Source: Candidatus Cloacimonadales bacterium (GTDB taxonomy: Bacteria > Cloacimonadota > Cloacimonadia > Cloacimonadales > JAFGVF01). From it: a DNA stretch of 64,000 nt. Of the stretch, positions 40,895 through 50,348 are shown in pieces; within the stretch, counting starts at the first letter, position 1, and each line of letters starts with the position of its first letter. Position numbers and translations under genes: made by a program. The notes below the pieces were generated by a model. It did no database searches and was not told the origin of the DNA. It saw nothing but the letters and a program-made list of their open reading frames with translations. The stretch is taken from the NCBI GenBank assembly GCA_963677495.2, contig CAXXOU010000004.1, positions 96,001-160,000 on the forward strand, in the 5' to 3' direction.

Positions 40895-42400
40895 TCAAGC
40901 ATTATATTCTTCAGTGATTTCCGCTCCATCTGATGGTCTGAATACCTTGAATTGGTCTGGTCTTAACATATCATCAGTCTCGAAATCTACTCTTAGGCTA
41001 TAGCTTCTGAGTGCACTTGGATTATCTAGTAAATACTTTCTCACATTGGAATGTACTTTTATTTTAATTCTTTCATTTGCCATAAAGTATTCAGCACGAC
41101 TTACCCAGCGATTAATTCTCATCATAACTGCGTCACGTGACACTATCCTACCCGTACCAAAACATTGTGGACATTGCTCAGAATAGCTGTTTAGCAATGA
41201 GTTTCTAACCCGTTTACGGGTAATCTGAACCAGACCAAGCGGACCAAAAGGATAGACCTTTGTTTTAGCTCTGTCTTTTTTGAGTTCACGTTTTAAGGTG
41301 CTCATCACTTCTTCTCTGCTCTTATCTTCGCGCATATCGATGAAATCTACTACAACGATACCACTCAAATCACGCAATCTAAGCTGTCTGGCTATCTCAC
41401 GAGCTGATTCTATGTTAGTCTTCTTTACTGTCTGTTCGTAATTAGACTTACCTGTGAAACTACCGGTGTTGATATCAATAACAACCATAGCCTCAGTTTG
41501 CTCAATGACGATGTTCCCACCACTCGGCAGGTAGCTTTTTGACTGGAAAATAGACTCTATCTTCTTCTCAATACCATAAGCATCGAAGATGGGGGAGTCC
41601 TCTTTATAATGCTCTATTCTCTCGGCCAGGTCGGGTGAAACATCGCTAAGCTGACTCTTTATGTTTTTTACAAAGTTCTTATCATCAATAACAAGGTGAT
41701 CGACCTTAGCACTGAATAAATCTCTGATGAGGACATTTGCTAAATCATTCTCTTCGAATACACAAAGAGGTGGCTTTGCATGCTTAATTTGCTTTTCAAT
41801 TAAACGCCATGTTTTACTCATAGCTTTATATTCAGCTTCAAACTCCTCTTTAGAGCAGTCTGTACCCTCTGTACGAACAATAAGACCTACATTCTTATCC
41901 TTAACACCTTTAAGTATGTTCCTGATTCGATTGCGCTCATTCTGATTTGTAATCTTCCTGGATATTGCTATCTTTCGCTGGTTTGGAAAGAAGACAAGGA
42001 ACTTACCGGGTAATGATATACGTCCGGTCAATCTAGCGCCCTTTTTATTGATTGGACCCTTCTGAACTTGCACAATAATCTCTTGTCCCGGTTTAAGTAC
42101 CTCACCAATCTTAGAGGAGTCATGGTCTCTTTTTAATTTGTCCGGAATACCTTTATCAAAATATTCCAGGAAATCACCAACAATATCAGAATAATGCAGG
42201 AAAGCTGTTCTATCAAGGCCTATATCAATGAATGCAGCACCCATTCCCGGTAATACATCTTTTACAGTGCCTTTGTAGATGTTATTTACAACATTCTCTT
42301 TATCCTTCTTTTCAACAATCATCTCAACGAGTTTGTTGTTTTCAAGGACTGCCAGACGCTTCTCAAGAGGGTGTACGTTTACTATAATCTCATTTCTCAT
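40895..42400 (-). CDS. rng: Ribonuclease E/G family protein
   Basis: S1 domain (NIYKG.V..VLPGMGAAFIDIG), IDINTG and LRDLSGIVVVDFIDM, with a CPQC..TG zinc link. Confidence 0.92.
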   Translation of the reverse strand: MRNEIIVNVHPLEKRLAVLENNKLVEMIVEKKDKENVVNNIYKGTVKDVLPGMGAAFIDIGLDRTAFLHYSDIVGDFLEYFDKGIPDKLKRDHDSSKIGEVLKPGQEIIVQVQKGPINKKGARLTGRISLPGKFLVFFPNQRKIAISRKITNQNERNRIRNILKGVKDKNVGLIVRTEGTDCSKEEFEAEYKAMSKTWRLIEKQIKHAKPPLCVFEENDLANVLIRDLFSAKVDHLVIDDKNFVKNIKSQLSDVSPDLAERIEHYKEDSPIFDAYGIEKKIESIFQSKSYLPSGGNIVIEQTEAMVVIDINTGSFTGKSNYEQTVKKTNIESAREIARQLRLRDLSGIVVVDFIDMREDKSREEVMSTLKRELKKDRAKTKVYPFGPLGLVQITRKRVRNSLLNSYSEQCPQCFGTGRIVSRDAVMMRINRWVSRAEYFMANERIKIKVHSNVRKYLLDNPSALRSYSLRVDFETDDMLRPDQFKVFRPSDGAEITEEYNA

Positions 42401-42410
42401 TATTACCCTC

Positions 42411-44126
42411 TTATTCAAAATCTATCTCATAAGGCATCATCATGTAAATCTGATGCTCTTGTAACATTTGTTCTATCTGTTTAGCTTTCTTCAAAAGCTT
42501 TGCTCTTAATCCATTCTCATTCATTAATGACATAGGGAAGAAGCTATCTTTGTTATCTATAAAATATTCAAATATTGATTTCTTCTTTGGATATGTCTGG
42601 ATAGTATAGTTTCCGATTCCACCAAGTTCAGCAGCTTTATTTACTGCGTTTCCAAGACTTCCAACCTCGTCAATAAGCCCATTCTTAAGAGCTAAATCAG
42701 CTCCCCAAATCCTTCCTTGTGCATACTTCTCAACATCCTGCATGGACATCTTACGCCCATTGGCTACTACTGTTTTGAACTCATCATACACAGCATTTAC
42801 TTCATAATCTAATGACTCAAGCATTTTAGGACTGCGTTTAGACCAAATATTGTTTACTCCATGGAACTTAGTAAAGCTGATAGTCTCTGTTTTAATGCCC
42901 AAATCCTTACCTAATTCACTTACATCAGGGAACATCATAATGACACCAATTGAACCGGTAATAGTGAATGGATCCGCATATATATAGTCACATGGGGCAC
43001 TAATATAGTAGCCACCTGATGCAGCAACACTACCCATTGAAACGATAACGGGTTTCTTCTCTTTCAACATCTTAATTCGCTGTGCAATAATATCTGATTC
43101 AAGTGATGAACCACCCGGACTATTTACTCTTAGTACAATAGCTTTAATGCTGTCATCCTTAGATAGTTTATCCAATACTTTGTTTAACTTTTTAGAAGAG
43201 ATGTTTGGAGTAGTACCTGAAGATACAGCTGAAATTGCTCCTTCAGCATATACTATTGCAACTTTATCTCCCGGATATGGGAATTGTGGTCTACCATATT
43301 CAGAGATTTTAATAAGTTTGTTCTCATCAACACCGTATTTATCAAAAAGATCACCTTCATACCCAAGTTCATCAACTAAGCCACTCTCTTTAGCATAATT
43401 TCCTTTAATGAAGAAACTTTCTCGTTTCTCATAAATATCCGCAGCCTGTTCAGGAGTAATCTCCCTGGACTGGCTTAAGAAGAGTTTAAGTTTCTCATAT
43501 CTCTCTTTGAATACAGCAGTATAGCTCTCTTTCATTGCAGGGGACATAGTAGTACGTGAGAAAGAATCTCCGGCACTTTTGTACTTGCCTGCATGGATAA
43601 CATTAACTTTAACTCCAACTTTTGCTAAAAGGTCTTTATAAAAGATAGCAGTTGCTCCTACTTCGTTCATCACAATTCCGGCAGAGCTTGATGGATTTAA
43701 CCAAATCTCATCAGCTGCACTACATAGGAAGTAATCTGCTCCTACTGCTGTGTTTATATATGCTACAACAGGCTTACCACTTGCTTTAAATTCTCTTATT
43801 AAGTGATGAAACTCATTAACCTGTGCCATTCCCATGAAGGAACTCTTTGGCTTAATAATAATACCTTTGATCTTCTCGTCACTACTCGCCTGAGCAAGCT
43901 TATTCATCACGTCGGATATGCCTACAGAACTAAGGCCAAACATATCGTCTTCATAGAGACTATGTTCGTTTACCATGCCCTTTAAGTCTAAAACTAACCA
44001 ACTGTTCTCTGTTACTTTCTTCTGATTTTTTGTTATTCCCTTCAGCATACGGGAAGTTCCGTAAAAGAATAAAATAATCACTATTAAGACAGATAAACAG
44101 CCTATTCCAATCCATTTCTTTTGCAT
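42411..44126 (-). CDS. sppA: Signal peptide peptidase SppA (67K type)
   Basis: AGKYKSAG, LRVNSPGGS, AASGGYY, ITGSIGV and AQGRIW motifs. Confidence 0.95.
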   Translation of the reverse strand: MQKKWIGIGCLSVLIVIILFFYGTSRMLKGITKNQKKVTENSWLVLDLKGMVNEHSLYEDDMFGLSSVGISDVMNKLAQASSDEKIKGIIIKPKSSFMGMAQVNEFHHLIREFKASGKPVVAYINTAVGADYFLCSAADEIWLNPSSSAGIVMNEVGATAIFYKDLLAKVGVKVNVIHAGKYKSAGDSFSRTTMSPAMKESYTAVFKERYEKLKLFLSQSREITPEQAADIYEKRESFFIKGNYAKESGLVDELGYEGDLFDKYGVDENKLIKISEYGRPQFPYPGDKVAIVYAEGAISAVSSGTTPNISSKKLNKVLDKLSKDDSIKAIVLRVNSPGGSSLESDIIAQRIKMLKEKKPVIVSMGSVAASGGYYISAPCDYIYADPFTITGSIGVIMMFPDVSELGKDLGIKTETISFTKFHGVNNIWSKRSPKMLESLDYEVNAVYDEFKTVVANGRKMSMQDVEKYAQGRIWGADLALKNGLIDEVGSLGNAVNKAAELGGIGNYTIQTYPKKKSIFEYFIDNKDSFFPMSLMNENGLRAKLLKKAKQIEQMLQEHQIYMMMPYEIDFE

Positions 44127-44569
44127 GGATTCCTCCAAAAATTATTTATACTCAGTTTACTAAACAGTGATAACTCCAATTAGTGGAATGAACATATTAT
44201 TGTATGTTAAAGAGTTATAAGCTAATGAGCAAACTGTATACATCGAAATATGTGTAAAATATTACAATTAACAATAAAACAGCTATGAGTAATTTTGTCT
44301 ATGAAAAAGATATATGAAGCTAAATGACTAAGAGTTTTGTTTGGTATGCATCAAGTTAATTGATTTCCCGTCCTTTACCAAAAGACACCCTAAGAAGTTT
44401 CAAGTTTCCCTGAATAATTGAGATAGAGCATTGAGACTGAAATGACTTCTTCATGTTATCCTCCCAAGATGAATCATAATCGTTACCTAATTACTATATT
44501 GCCATAGAACTAATACAGAGTGTAACAAGAAAACTTCTCTGGTAACAGAGGAATAATTATCGCTCTACT

Positions 44570-44690
44570 CTCTGGAATTACTCTGGACTAACGAGTATAT
44601 GAAAAGTAAATATATCCCATATTAAACTTATAACTATCCTATATGCTCATATAGGTTTCATATAAGAGTCATATAGGATACTTATAAGGA
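44570..44690. repeat. Helically phased micro-repeat folded into an inverted repeat
   Basis: CTCTGGA at 44570 and 44581. TCATATA at 44647, 44658, 44669. 19-bp IR CTTATAACTATCCTATATG (44627-44645) / CATATAGGATACTTATAAG (44670-44688), with 1 mismatch. Confidence 0.75.
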
Positions 44691-44808
44691 TTGTATGTGT
44701 ATTGCTCATGGGCATTTCAGGAAAATAAGCCGACTAAAACCAGATAGATTGAAAAACAGTTTGGTTAATCCGTGGAAAAGTATGTGATATGTAGGCTGGA
44801 AAGTAAAG

Positions 44809-44831
44809 AAGCCCGACTGGGTGTCGGGCTT
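44809..44831 (-). terminator. Putative terminator after the hydrogenase
   Basis: AAGCCCGAC-TGGGT-GTCGGGCTT stem, with an interrupted U tract on the - strand. Confidence 0.65.
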
Positions 44832-44850
44832 ATATTTAGCTTTATAGTAG

Positions 44851-46602
44851 TTAGTCTTTTGTAAGTTTAACCGGTCTTGGGATGTACTTAGTATGCAAGA
44901 GGTGATGAGATTTCTCAGAAAGAGGTGCACCTAAGAACTCTTTATAGAGTTTCTGAATAGACGGATTGTTGTGAGACTCACGAATAGCACACTCTGAATC
45001 CTCTTTGTAGAGACCTTTAGCTCTTTGGATACGGACTTCATTGGATGAACCATAAGGCTGTCCACCACCACCAACACATCCGTTTTGACATGCCATTACT
45101 TCTATGAAATGGTATGGAGTCGGTTTACCTTCTTTACGTGCTTGGCGAACTTCATCAAGTAATTTCGTAACATTACCAAGTCCTGAAGCAACAGCAACAT
45201 TCACAGTATGACCTGCAATTTCAAGAGAACCATGTCTTATACCACGGAAACCTCTAACCAGTTCAATCTCAGGTTGAGGTAACTCTTCATCGGTGATAAG
45301 TTTATATGCTGTTCGAAGGGCTGCTTCCATCACACCTCCTGTTGAACCAAATATTGTTCCTGCACCTGAATATTCACCCATTGGATTGTCAGCTTCTCCA
45401 TCAGGAATATTAGGGAAATCAATACCACGCATCTTAATAAGTCTTGCAAGTTCACGTGTTGTGATAGTTACATCTACATCCTTATGTCCAGAGGCGTACA
45501 TATCCTCCATTCGTTCAATCTCATACTTCTTTGCAGTACATGGCATAACTGAAACAAGGAAGATATCTTTCGGATCAATATTCATCTTTTCTGCCCAATA
45601 GGTTTTAACCATTGTTCCTACCATTTGGTGCGGAGATTTAGCTGTAGAGAAGTTATCAATCATATCGATGTAGAATTTCTCCAGGAAATCCACCCAAGCG
45701 GGGCAACATGAAGTGATGAGAGGGAAGTTTTCAGGACTCTCTTTAAAGACTTTTACAAACTCAGAAGCTTCTTCCATGATTGTTAGATCAGCACCGAAAT
45801 TTGTATCGAAAACATACTTCACACCCAAACGACGGAGAGCTGTATACATCTTACCTACAACATTAGTGCCCGGTTCATAACCAAACTCTTCACCAAGCGC
45901 CACACGCACTGCAGGAGCTTCTTGAGCGACTACTATCTTCTTCGGATCATCTAATGCAAGCATAAGTCTATCCATATCTTCTGTTTCATAAATAGCTGCA
46001 ACCGGACAATATGCAGAACACTGTCCACATTTAACACACTCTGAGTCTTCTAAGGAACGTCCCATCGTTGGCCCAACAAATGTATCAAAACCTCGATTCG
46101 ACTCAGCTAACGCATGCACTGCCTGAATCTCATTGCATACATAAGTACAACGCCCACATTGGATACAGTATCCCGGGTCCAAAGTAATTGCAGTAGATGA
46201 TGTATCCCTATCAGTTACAGGACGGGGTTTATGATTAGTTTGTGAAACATGGATATGTAGTCGTTGAGCTAAATCTTGAAGTTCACAACTTCCGTTTTTA
46301 TGACACTCAACACAGTTATTTGGATGAGAATAAAGAATCAGCTCTACAGCAGCTTTCCTTATAACATCAAAGTCACGACCCTCAGTCTTTATTTCCATTC
46401 CGTCGTAAACAGGGGTTGTACAAGCTCTAACGATTCTGCCGTCTGCTTCTACAACACAAACCCCACAGTTACCGGATGGTGGTAAATCAGGGTGATAACA
46501 AAGGGAAGGGATCCAATAGCCTGCCTTCTTAGCAGCATGAAGTATCTTAGTACCATTCTCTACTTCTACTTCAATACCGTTTATTTTAACTTTTACCAAC
46601 AT
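44851..46602 (-). CDS. hydA: Group A [FeFe]-hydrogenase catalytic subunit (2Fe-2S, His-ligated 4Fe-4S, 2x4Fe-4S, H-cluster)
   Basis: H-cluster motifs TSCCPAW, MPCTAKKYE and EVMACQNGCVGGGGQP. N-terminal IPSLC..CGVCVVE, HPNNCVEC, CIQCGRC and CVKCGQC...CP. Confidence 0.96.
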   Translation of the reverse strand: MLVKVKINGIEVEVENGTKILHAAKKAGYWIPSLCYHPDLPPSGNCGVCVVEADGRIVRACTTPVYDGMEIKTEGRDFDVIRKAAVELILYSHPNNCVECHKNGSCELQDLAQRLHIHVSQTNHKPRPVTDRDTSSTAITLDPGYCIQCGRCTYVCNEIQAVHALAESNRGFDTFVGPTMGRSLEDSECVKCGQCSAYCPVAAIYETEDMDRLMLALDDPKKIVVAQEAPAVRVALGEEFGYEPGTNVVGKMYTALRRLGVKYVFDTNFGADLTIMEEASEFVKVFKESPENFPLITSCCPAWVDFLEKFYIDMIDNFSTAKSPHQMVGTMVKTYWAEKMNIDPKDIFLVSVMPCTAKKYEIERMEDMYASGHKDVDVTITTRELARLIKMRGIDFPNIPDGEADNPMGEYSGAGTIFGSTGGVMEAALRTAYKLITDEELPQPEIELVRGFRGIRHGSLEIAGHTVNVAVASGLGNVTKLLDEVRQARKEGKPTPYHFIEVMACQNGCVGGGGQPYGSSNEVRIQRAKGLYKEDSECAIRESHNNPSIQKLYKEFLGAPLSEKSHHLLHTKYIPRPVKLTKD

Positions 46603-46717
46603 GATATTCTGCTCCTTGTTTAGAAAATAGATATAGTTATCTCATCACTAATATTTGATAGCTTAGTTTAAATCTAACTCAGAATTGCTCTGATGCAACT
46701 ATTAACCTTTGTAAACA

Positions 46718-47020
46718 TTAGTACACCTTGTTCTTTACATCGAGGTAAATCAAAGTAATAGCACTTATTATAGCAAGAATGGAAGCAATATTTGCAATCA
46801 ATGATTGTGGAAAATAAGTACTTAATCCGGTGAAGATAACAGTCGTAAATATCAAAGGCTTTCGGTATCTCTTTCTTGTTTTCGTTAAAAAATCGAAAAA
46901 GCCCAGGATAGCCAAAGCAATAAAAATAGCTCTTGAATAGAATCCCCATTCAGGAGGATAAGCAGTAAGCGAATTAAGGATATTCACAGCTATAAATGCT
47001 AGATAATAGAAAATCTTCAT
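46718..47020 (-). CDS. Small hypothetical membrane protein (about 4 TM)
   Basis: Hydrophobic 100-aa ORF with a GAGGAG RBS and upstream TTGACA/TACAAT. Confidence 0.65.
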   Translation of the reverse strand: MKIFYYLAFIAVNILNSLTAYPPEWGFYSRAIFIALAILGFFDFLTKTRKRYRKPLIFTTVIFTGLSTYFPQSLIANIASILAIISAITLIYLDVKNKVY

Positions 47021-47279
47021 TAAAACTCCTCACAACGGATTTACGAAATTGTACAATCTAGAATTACTTGTCAAATTAAATTATCCTTATGAACTAATAA
47101 TTAACTCAAAATTGTAATCTATTTGAAGAAACAGGTTAACTGAAAGAAATATTATTAGTTATCAGCAAGAGGAGTAGATTCAGAGGAAATAAGTTCGATG
47201 AAATTGTAAAATTCTATTGACAGACCTGCTGTAGTTAATTTTTTGTTTTTCAACATATCGCATAGAGTGAAGTTCACAT

Positions 47280-47365
47280 GGAGGATTAGTCCTAATTGGT
47301 AAGGCAGCGGTCTTGAAAACCGCCGGGCTATGCCCTTGGGGGTTCGAGTCCCTCATCCTCCGCCA
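47280..47365 (+). tRNA. tRNA-Ser (TGA)
   Basis: Acceptor GGAGGAT/ATCCTCC, anticodon arm GCGGT-CTTGAAA-ACCGC, long variable arm, GGTTCGAGT and encoded CCA. Confidence 0.95.
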
Positions 47366-47376
47366 TAAAACCTCGT

Positions 47377-47467
<91 letters not shown>

Positions 47468-47494
47468 GTAATAATGTGAACACATATTTTTTGT

Positions 47495-47569
47495 TGGGCC
47501 GTCGTCAAGCGGTAAGACACATGGTTTTGGTCCATGCATTCAGGGGTTCGAATCCTCTCGGCCCAACCA
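47495..47569 (+). tRNA. tRNA-Gln (TTG)
   Basis: Acceptor TGGGCCG/CGGCCCA, CATGG-TTTTGGT-CCATG, GGTTCGAAT and CCA. Confidence 0.95.
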
Positions 47570-47581
47570 ACAAAAAGATGA

Positions 47582-47655
47582 TGGGCTGTAGTATAATGGT
47601 AGTACAGCGGGTTCTGGTTCCGTATGTGGGGGTTCGACTCCTCCCAGCCCAACCA
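47582..47655 (+). tRNA. tRNA-Gln (CTG)
   Basis: Acceptor TGGGCTG/CAGCCCA, GCGGG-TTCTGGT-TCCGT, GGTTCGACT and CCA. Confidence 0.94.
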
Positions 47656-47665
47656 TAAACAATTT

Positions 47666-47694
47666 AAGGTTTCCTATAGTGGAAACCTTTTTTT
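47666..47694 (+). terminator. Terminator of the tRNA operon
   Basis: AAGGTTTCC-TATAGT-GGAAACCTT followed by a T run. Confidence 0.88.
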
Positions 47695-47771
47695 ATTGCC
47701 TAAATACTCTCTTATGATTGTTTTTGTCCTACATGATGATTTAACACTTGGCATTACTCCATGGAGGTAAT

Positions 47772-48743
47772 ATGTTTTATGATACTTTAAAAAGTTTACT
47801 TGATAATGAACGTAAACCTGTTTTACAGGATTATGGTTTTCAACCACCACTTATCCTCTATTATCACACAGTCTCTGATGAGTCGCTTCCACATATTAAA
47901 CACCTCTATAAGTATAAAGATATTGAGTTCTTTATGAAAGATTTAGATTATTTAGCGTCTCATTATACGATAATTTCTCCTCAAGATTTACTCGATAAGA
48001 AGCGAGTGCCTGGCGATAGTTGTTTAATTACCTTCGATGATGGCTTCACTGAGTGTAGGGACATTATTGCACCAATACTTCTGGAGAAGGGAATCGAAGC
48101 TGCATTTTTTCTCAACTCAGGTTTCATTGGTAACAAGGATATGTACTTCAGAAATCAGTTAAGCATAATAATTGATGCCTTAGAAAACAATCAATATAGT
48201 CAAACTCAGTTAGAATGCTGCAATGCATTGTTTCCAGACCACATGGTTGATGGACATGAGTTAAAAGAGGCAATCCTAACAGTTGGATATGATAAAAAAG
48301 AAATAATTACCAAAGCACTTGATATCCTAGAGTTAGATATCAACGACTACTTAAAGACGAAGAAACCATATATGGATATTGAAGATATTAAATGGCTGAA
48401 AGATAATGGGTTCCATATTGGTTCACACTCGATTGACCACACTCCATTGCATAAACTGCCTTTTGATGAACAGGTTAATCAAATGATTGAATCAACTGAC
48501 TATGTGCAGAACACGTTTGATCTTCCATATCGAATCTCTTCGTTACCTCACAATGATAGAGGTTTAGAAGGTGCTTTTTTTCATCAGATGAGGCAGAGTC
48601 TTGATCTCTTATTTGGTGGACATGGATTAACTCATAAGAATCACTTCAACTATTTCAAGAGAGTTAATCCCGAGCATAGTAGAAATATTCGTTTTTTCCT
48701 TGAAAAGCAATACGGTATTCAGTTGGTTAAGAAGTATCTGTGA
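47772..48743 (+). CDS. Polysaccharide deacetylase (CE4/NodB-like)
   Basis: YYHTV, ITFDDG and IGSHSIDH motifs. The ATG follows GGAGG. Confidence 0.88.
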   Translation: MFYDTLKSLLDNERKPVLQDYGFQPPLILYYHTVSDESLPHIKHLYKYKDIEFFMKDLDYLASHYTIISPQDLLDKKRVPGDSCLITFDDGFTECRDIIAPILLEKGIEAAFFLNSGFIGNKDMYFRNQLSIIIDALENNQYSQTQLECCNALFPDHMVDGHELKEAILTVGYDKKEIITKALDILELDINDYLKTKKPYMDIEDIKWLKDNGFHIGSHSIDHTPLHKLPFDEQVNQMIESTDYVQNTFDLPYRISSLPHNDRGLEGAFFHQMRQSLDLLFGGHGLTHKNHFNYFKRVNPEHSRNIRFFLEKQYGIQLVKKYL

Positions 48744-48773
48744 TTTCATGGATTCCTGATTCTATTACTACGT

Positions 48774-48897
48774 CTTCATGTCTGCTTCATAATTCTCGGG
48801 ATACACTCGGGAATCTCCCGGGACTCTCTCGGGAATCACTCGGGGCTTTACTCGAGAAATTCCCCAGAAATTCCCTCCTAATTCGCTTTTAATTCCC
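48774..48897. repeat. 11-bp-phased micro-repeat tract
   Basis: CTTCAT at 48774 and 48785. C(T/C)CGGG at 48795, 48806, 48817, 48828, 48839. AATTC at 48858, 48869, 48880, 48891. Confidence 0.85.
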
Positions 48898-49055
48898 GTG
48901 TATTAAGATAGTGAAGTAATAGGGATAAGATTGAACATTAAGAAGAGGATGTGAATAGTTAGTATTTTTTGTTTTTGCTACTAGCTTTTGCTATCAATTT
49001 GTTCTTTGCAATAAGGACAAAGCCTGTAATTGAATTAGTCACATTTAAGAAATGC

Positions 49056-49089
49056 AAAATGGTAGCCTTTTGGGATTGGCTACCATTTA
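49056..49089 (-). terminator. Terminator between convergent genes
   Basis: AAATGGTAGCC/GGCTACCATTT stem. Confidence 0.7.
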
Positions 49090-49102
49090 TGCAATAAATT
49101 AG

Positions 49103-49708
49103 CTACAGATTCCAACGTTTGACTAATGAGTCAACTTCTACTTTGGCATTTTGGATAGATTCTGTCAGTAAATCCGGGTTTGCTGTCGCAGCATGGATGA
49201 ACACTCTATCCTTTAAATCTATAAAGTCGAACAATATGTTGTAAAGAGTCTTAACATTATCCAGATATGCATAATCGGAGTCTTGAGGATAACTTCCACC
49301 ACTTGTGTAAAGCACAGCAACTTTCTTATCTTCGAGTAATCCTTTTGTTGGAGAACCATATGCGAAAGTCTCACCGTTTAATATGATAGCATCCATGAAC
49401 TGTTTCACAATCCCGGGAAGTGAGAAGTTGTGCATTGGGTGAACAAAAACTATTGCATCTGCAGTTTTAACTTTGTTAGTAAGTGCTTTGAAAGGGACCA
49501 TCAACAATTCAGACTTTGAATTCTTAACTCCCATGTTTGATTTACCATAAGCCTCAATTGTTTCTGGTTTGAAAATTGGGATTTTGTTGCTAATAAGATC
49601 AATCTCCTCTATTTCAACAGATTTGGAAACTTCTTTAAAATGATTATATAATTTCAATGTATTTGAATTATCACCAGAAGGTAGATACTTAACTACTAAA
49701 ATTTTCAT
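49103..49708 (-). CDS. FMN-dependent NADH:quinone oxidoreductase/azoreductase (AcpD/AzoR family)
   Basis: ADAIVFVHPMHNFSLPGIVKQFMD, GETFAY, GLL.DKK and TSGG.Y. Confidence 0.88.
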   Translation of the reverse strand: MKILVVKYLPSGDNSNTLKLYNHFKEVSKSVEIEEIDLISNKIPIFKPETIEAYGKSNMGVKNSKSELLMVPFKALTNKVKTADAIVFVHPMHNFSLPGIVKQFMDAIILNGETFAYGSPTKGLLEDKKVAVLYTSGGSYPQDSDYAYLDNVKTLYNILFDFIDLKDRVFIHAATANPDLLTESIQNAKVEVDSLVKRWNL

Positions 49709-49865
49709 TGGAAACTCCTTCCTTTTTTGTATGATATTATAACTATTTATCTTGAGTTACCCAAAACTTAAGCTTTAAAGTGTTAATTGTAAGATGTTCA
49801 TTATCATTTATTGATGATTTGACATAAGAGAGCAGAATTTAATAATAAGACATGGAGTCAAAACA

Positions 49866-50348
49866 ATGTTGTTAGAGTTGAAGAAGTTTTTCATTATAGT
49901 TGTTGCTATTTCAATAACTAATTGGCTTCATTGCAAAAACATTGTATATCGGCCTAAACCAACAGTTTATATAGGTCCTATAGAGAAAAGTAAGTTATAT
50001 GATATTAGCAATTATTATATAACATACAAGGAAGGATTATACGTAAAAAAATTAGCATTGACTGATCTCTTTCCTGAACATTCGATGTTTTGGGATTACT
50101 ATGAAGACAGTTATGATTTTGTGCAGAAGTATTATTATGATGACTTATATAAAACAACTTTACCGTTAAACATAACTATAAGAGTAAACCTTAGAGAGTA
50201 TGTAAAAGACAGTCATTTTATGACATTCAGTATGCCGATTGATATTGAAACGAACAAATACATCAAAAAGAGTATGATGTTTCTTAGAGATATCTTCAGT
50301 CCAAACTTTAGAAGTAGTAAAAGCAGACTTAGGGGTGAAAATGAATAA
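49866..50348 (+). CDS. Hypothetical exported protein
   Basis: GGAG RBS, hydrophobic N-terminus, overlaps the uvrB start. No family recognised. Confidence 0.6.
   Translation: MLLELKKFFIIVVAISITNWLHCKNIVYRPKPTVYIGPIEKSKLYDISNYYITYKEGLYVKKLALTDLFPEHSMFWDYYEDSYDFVQKYYYDDLYKTTLPLNITIRVNLREYVKDSHFMTFSMPIDIETNKYIKKSMMFLRDIFSPNFRSSKSRLRGENE

Noticed and set aside
47280..47365. Selenocysteine or suppressor tRNA
   Set aside because: The anticodon reads TGA 5'-3' (decoding UCA, Ser), not TCA, and the acceptor stem is a normal 7 bp.
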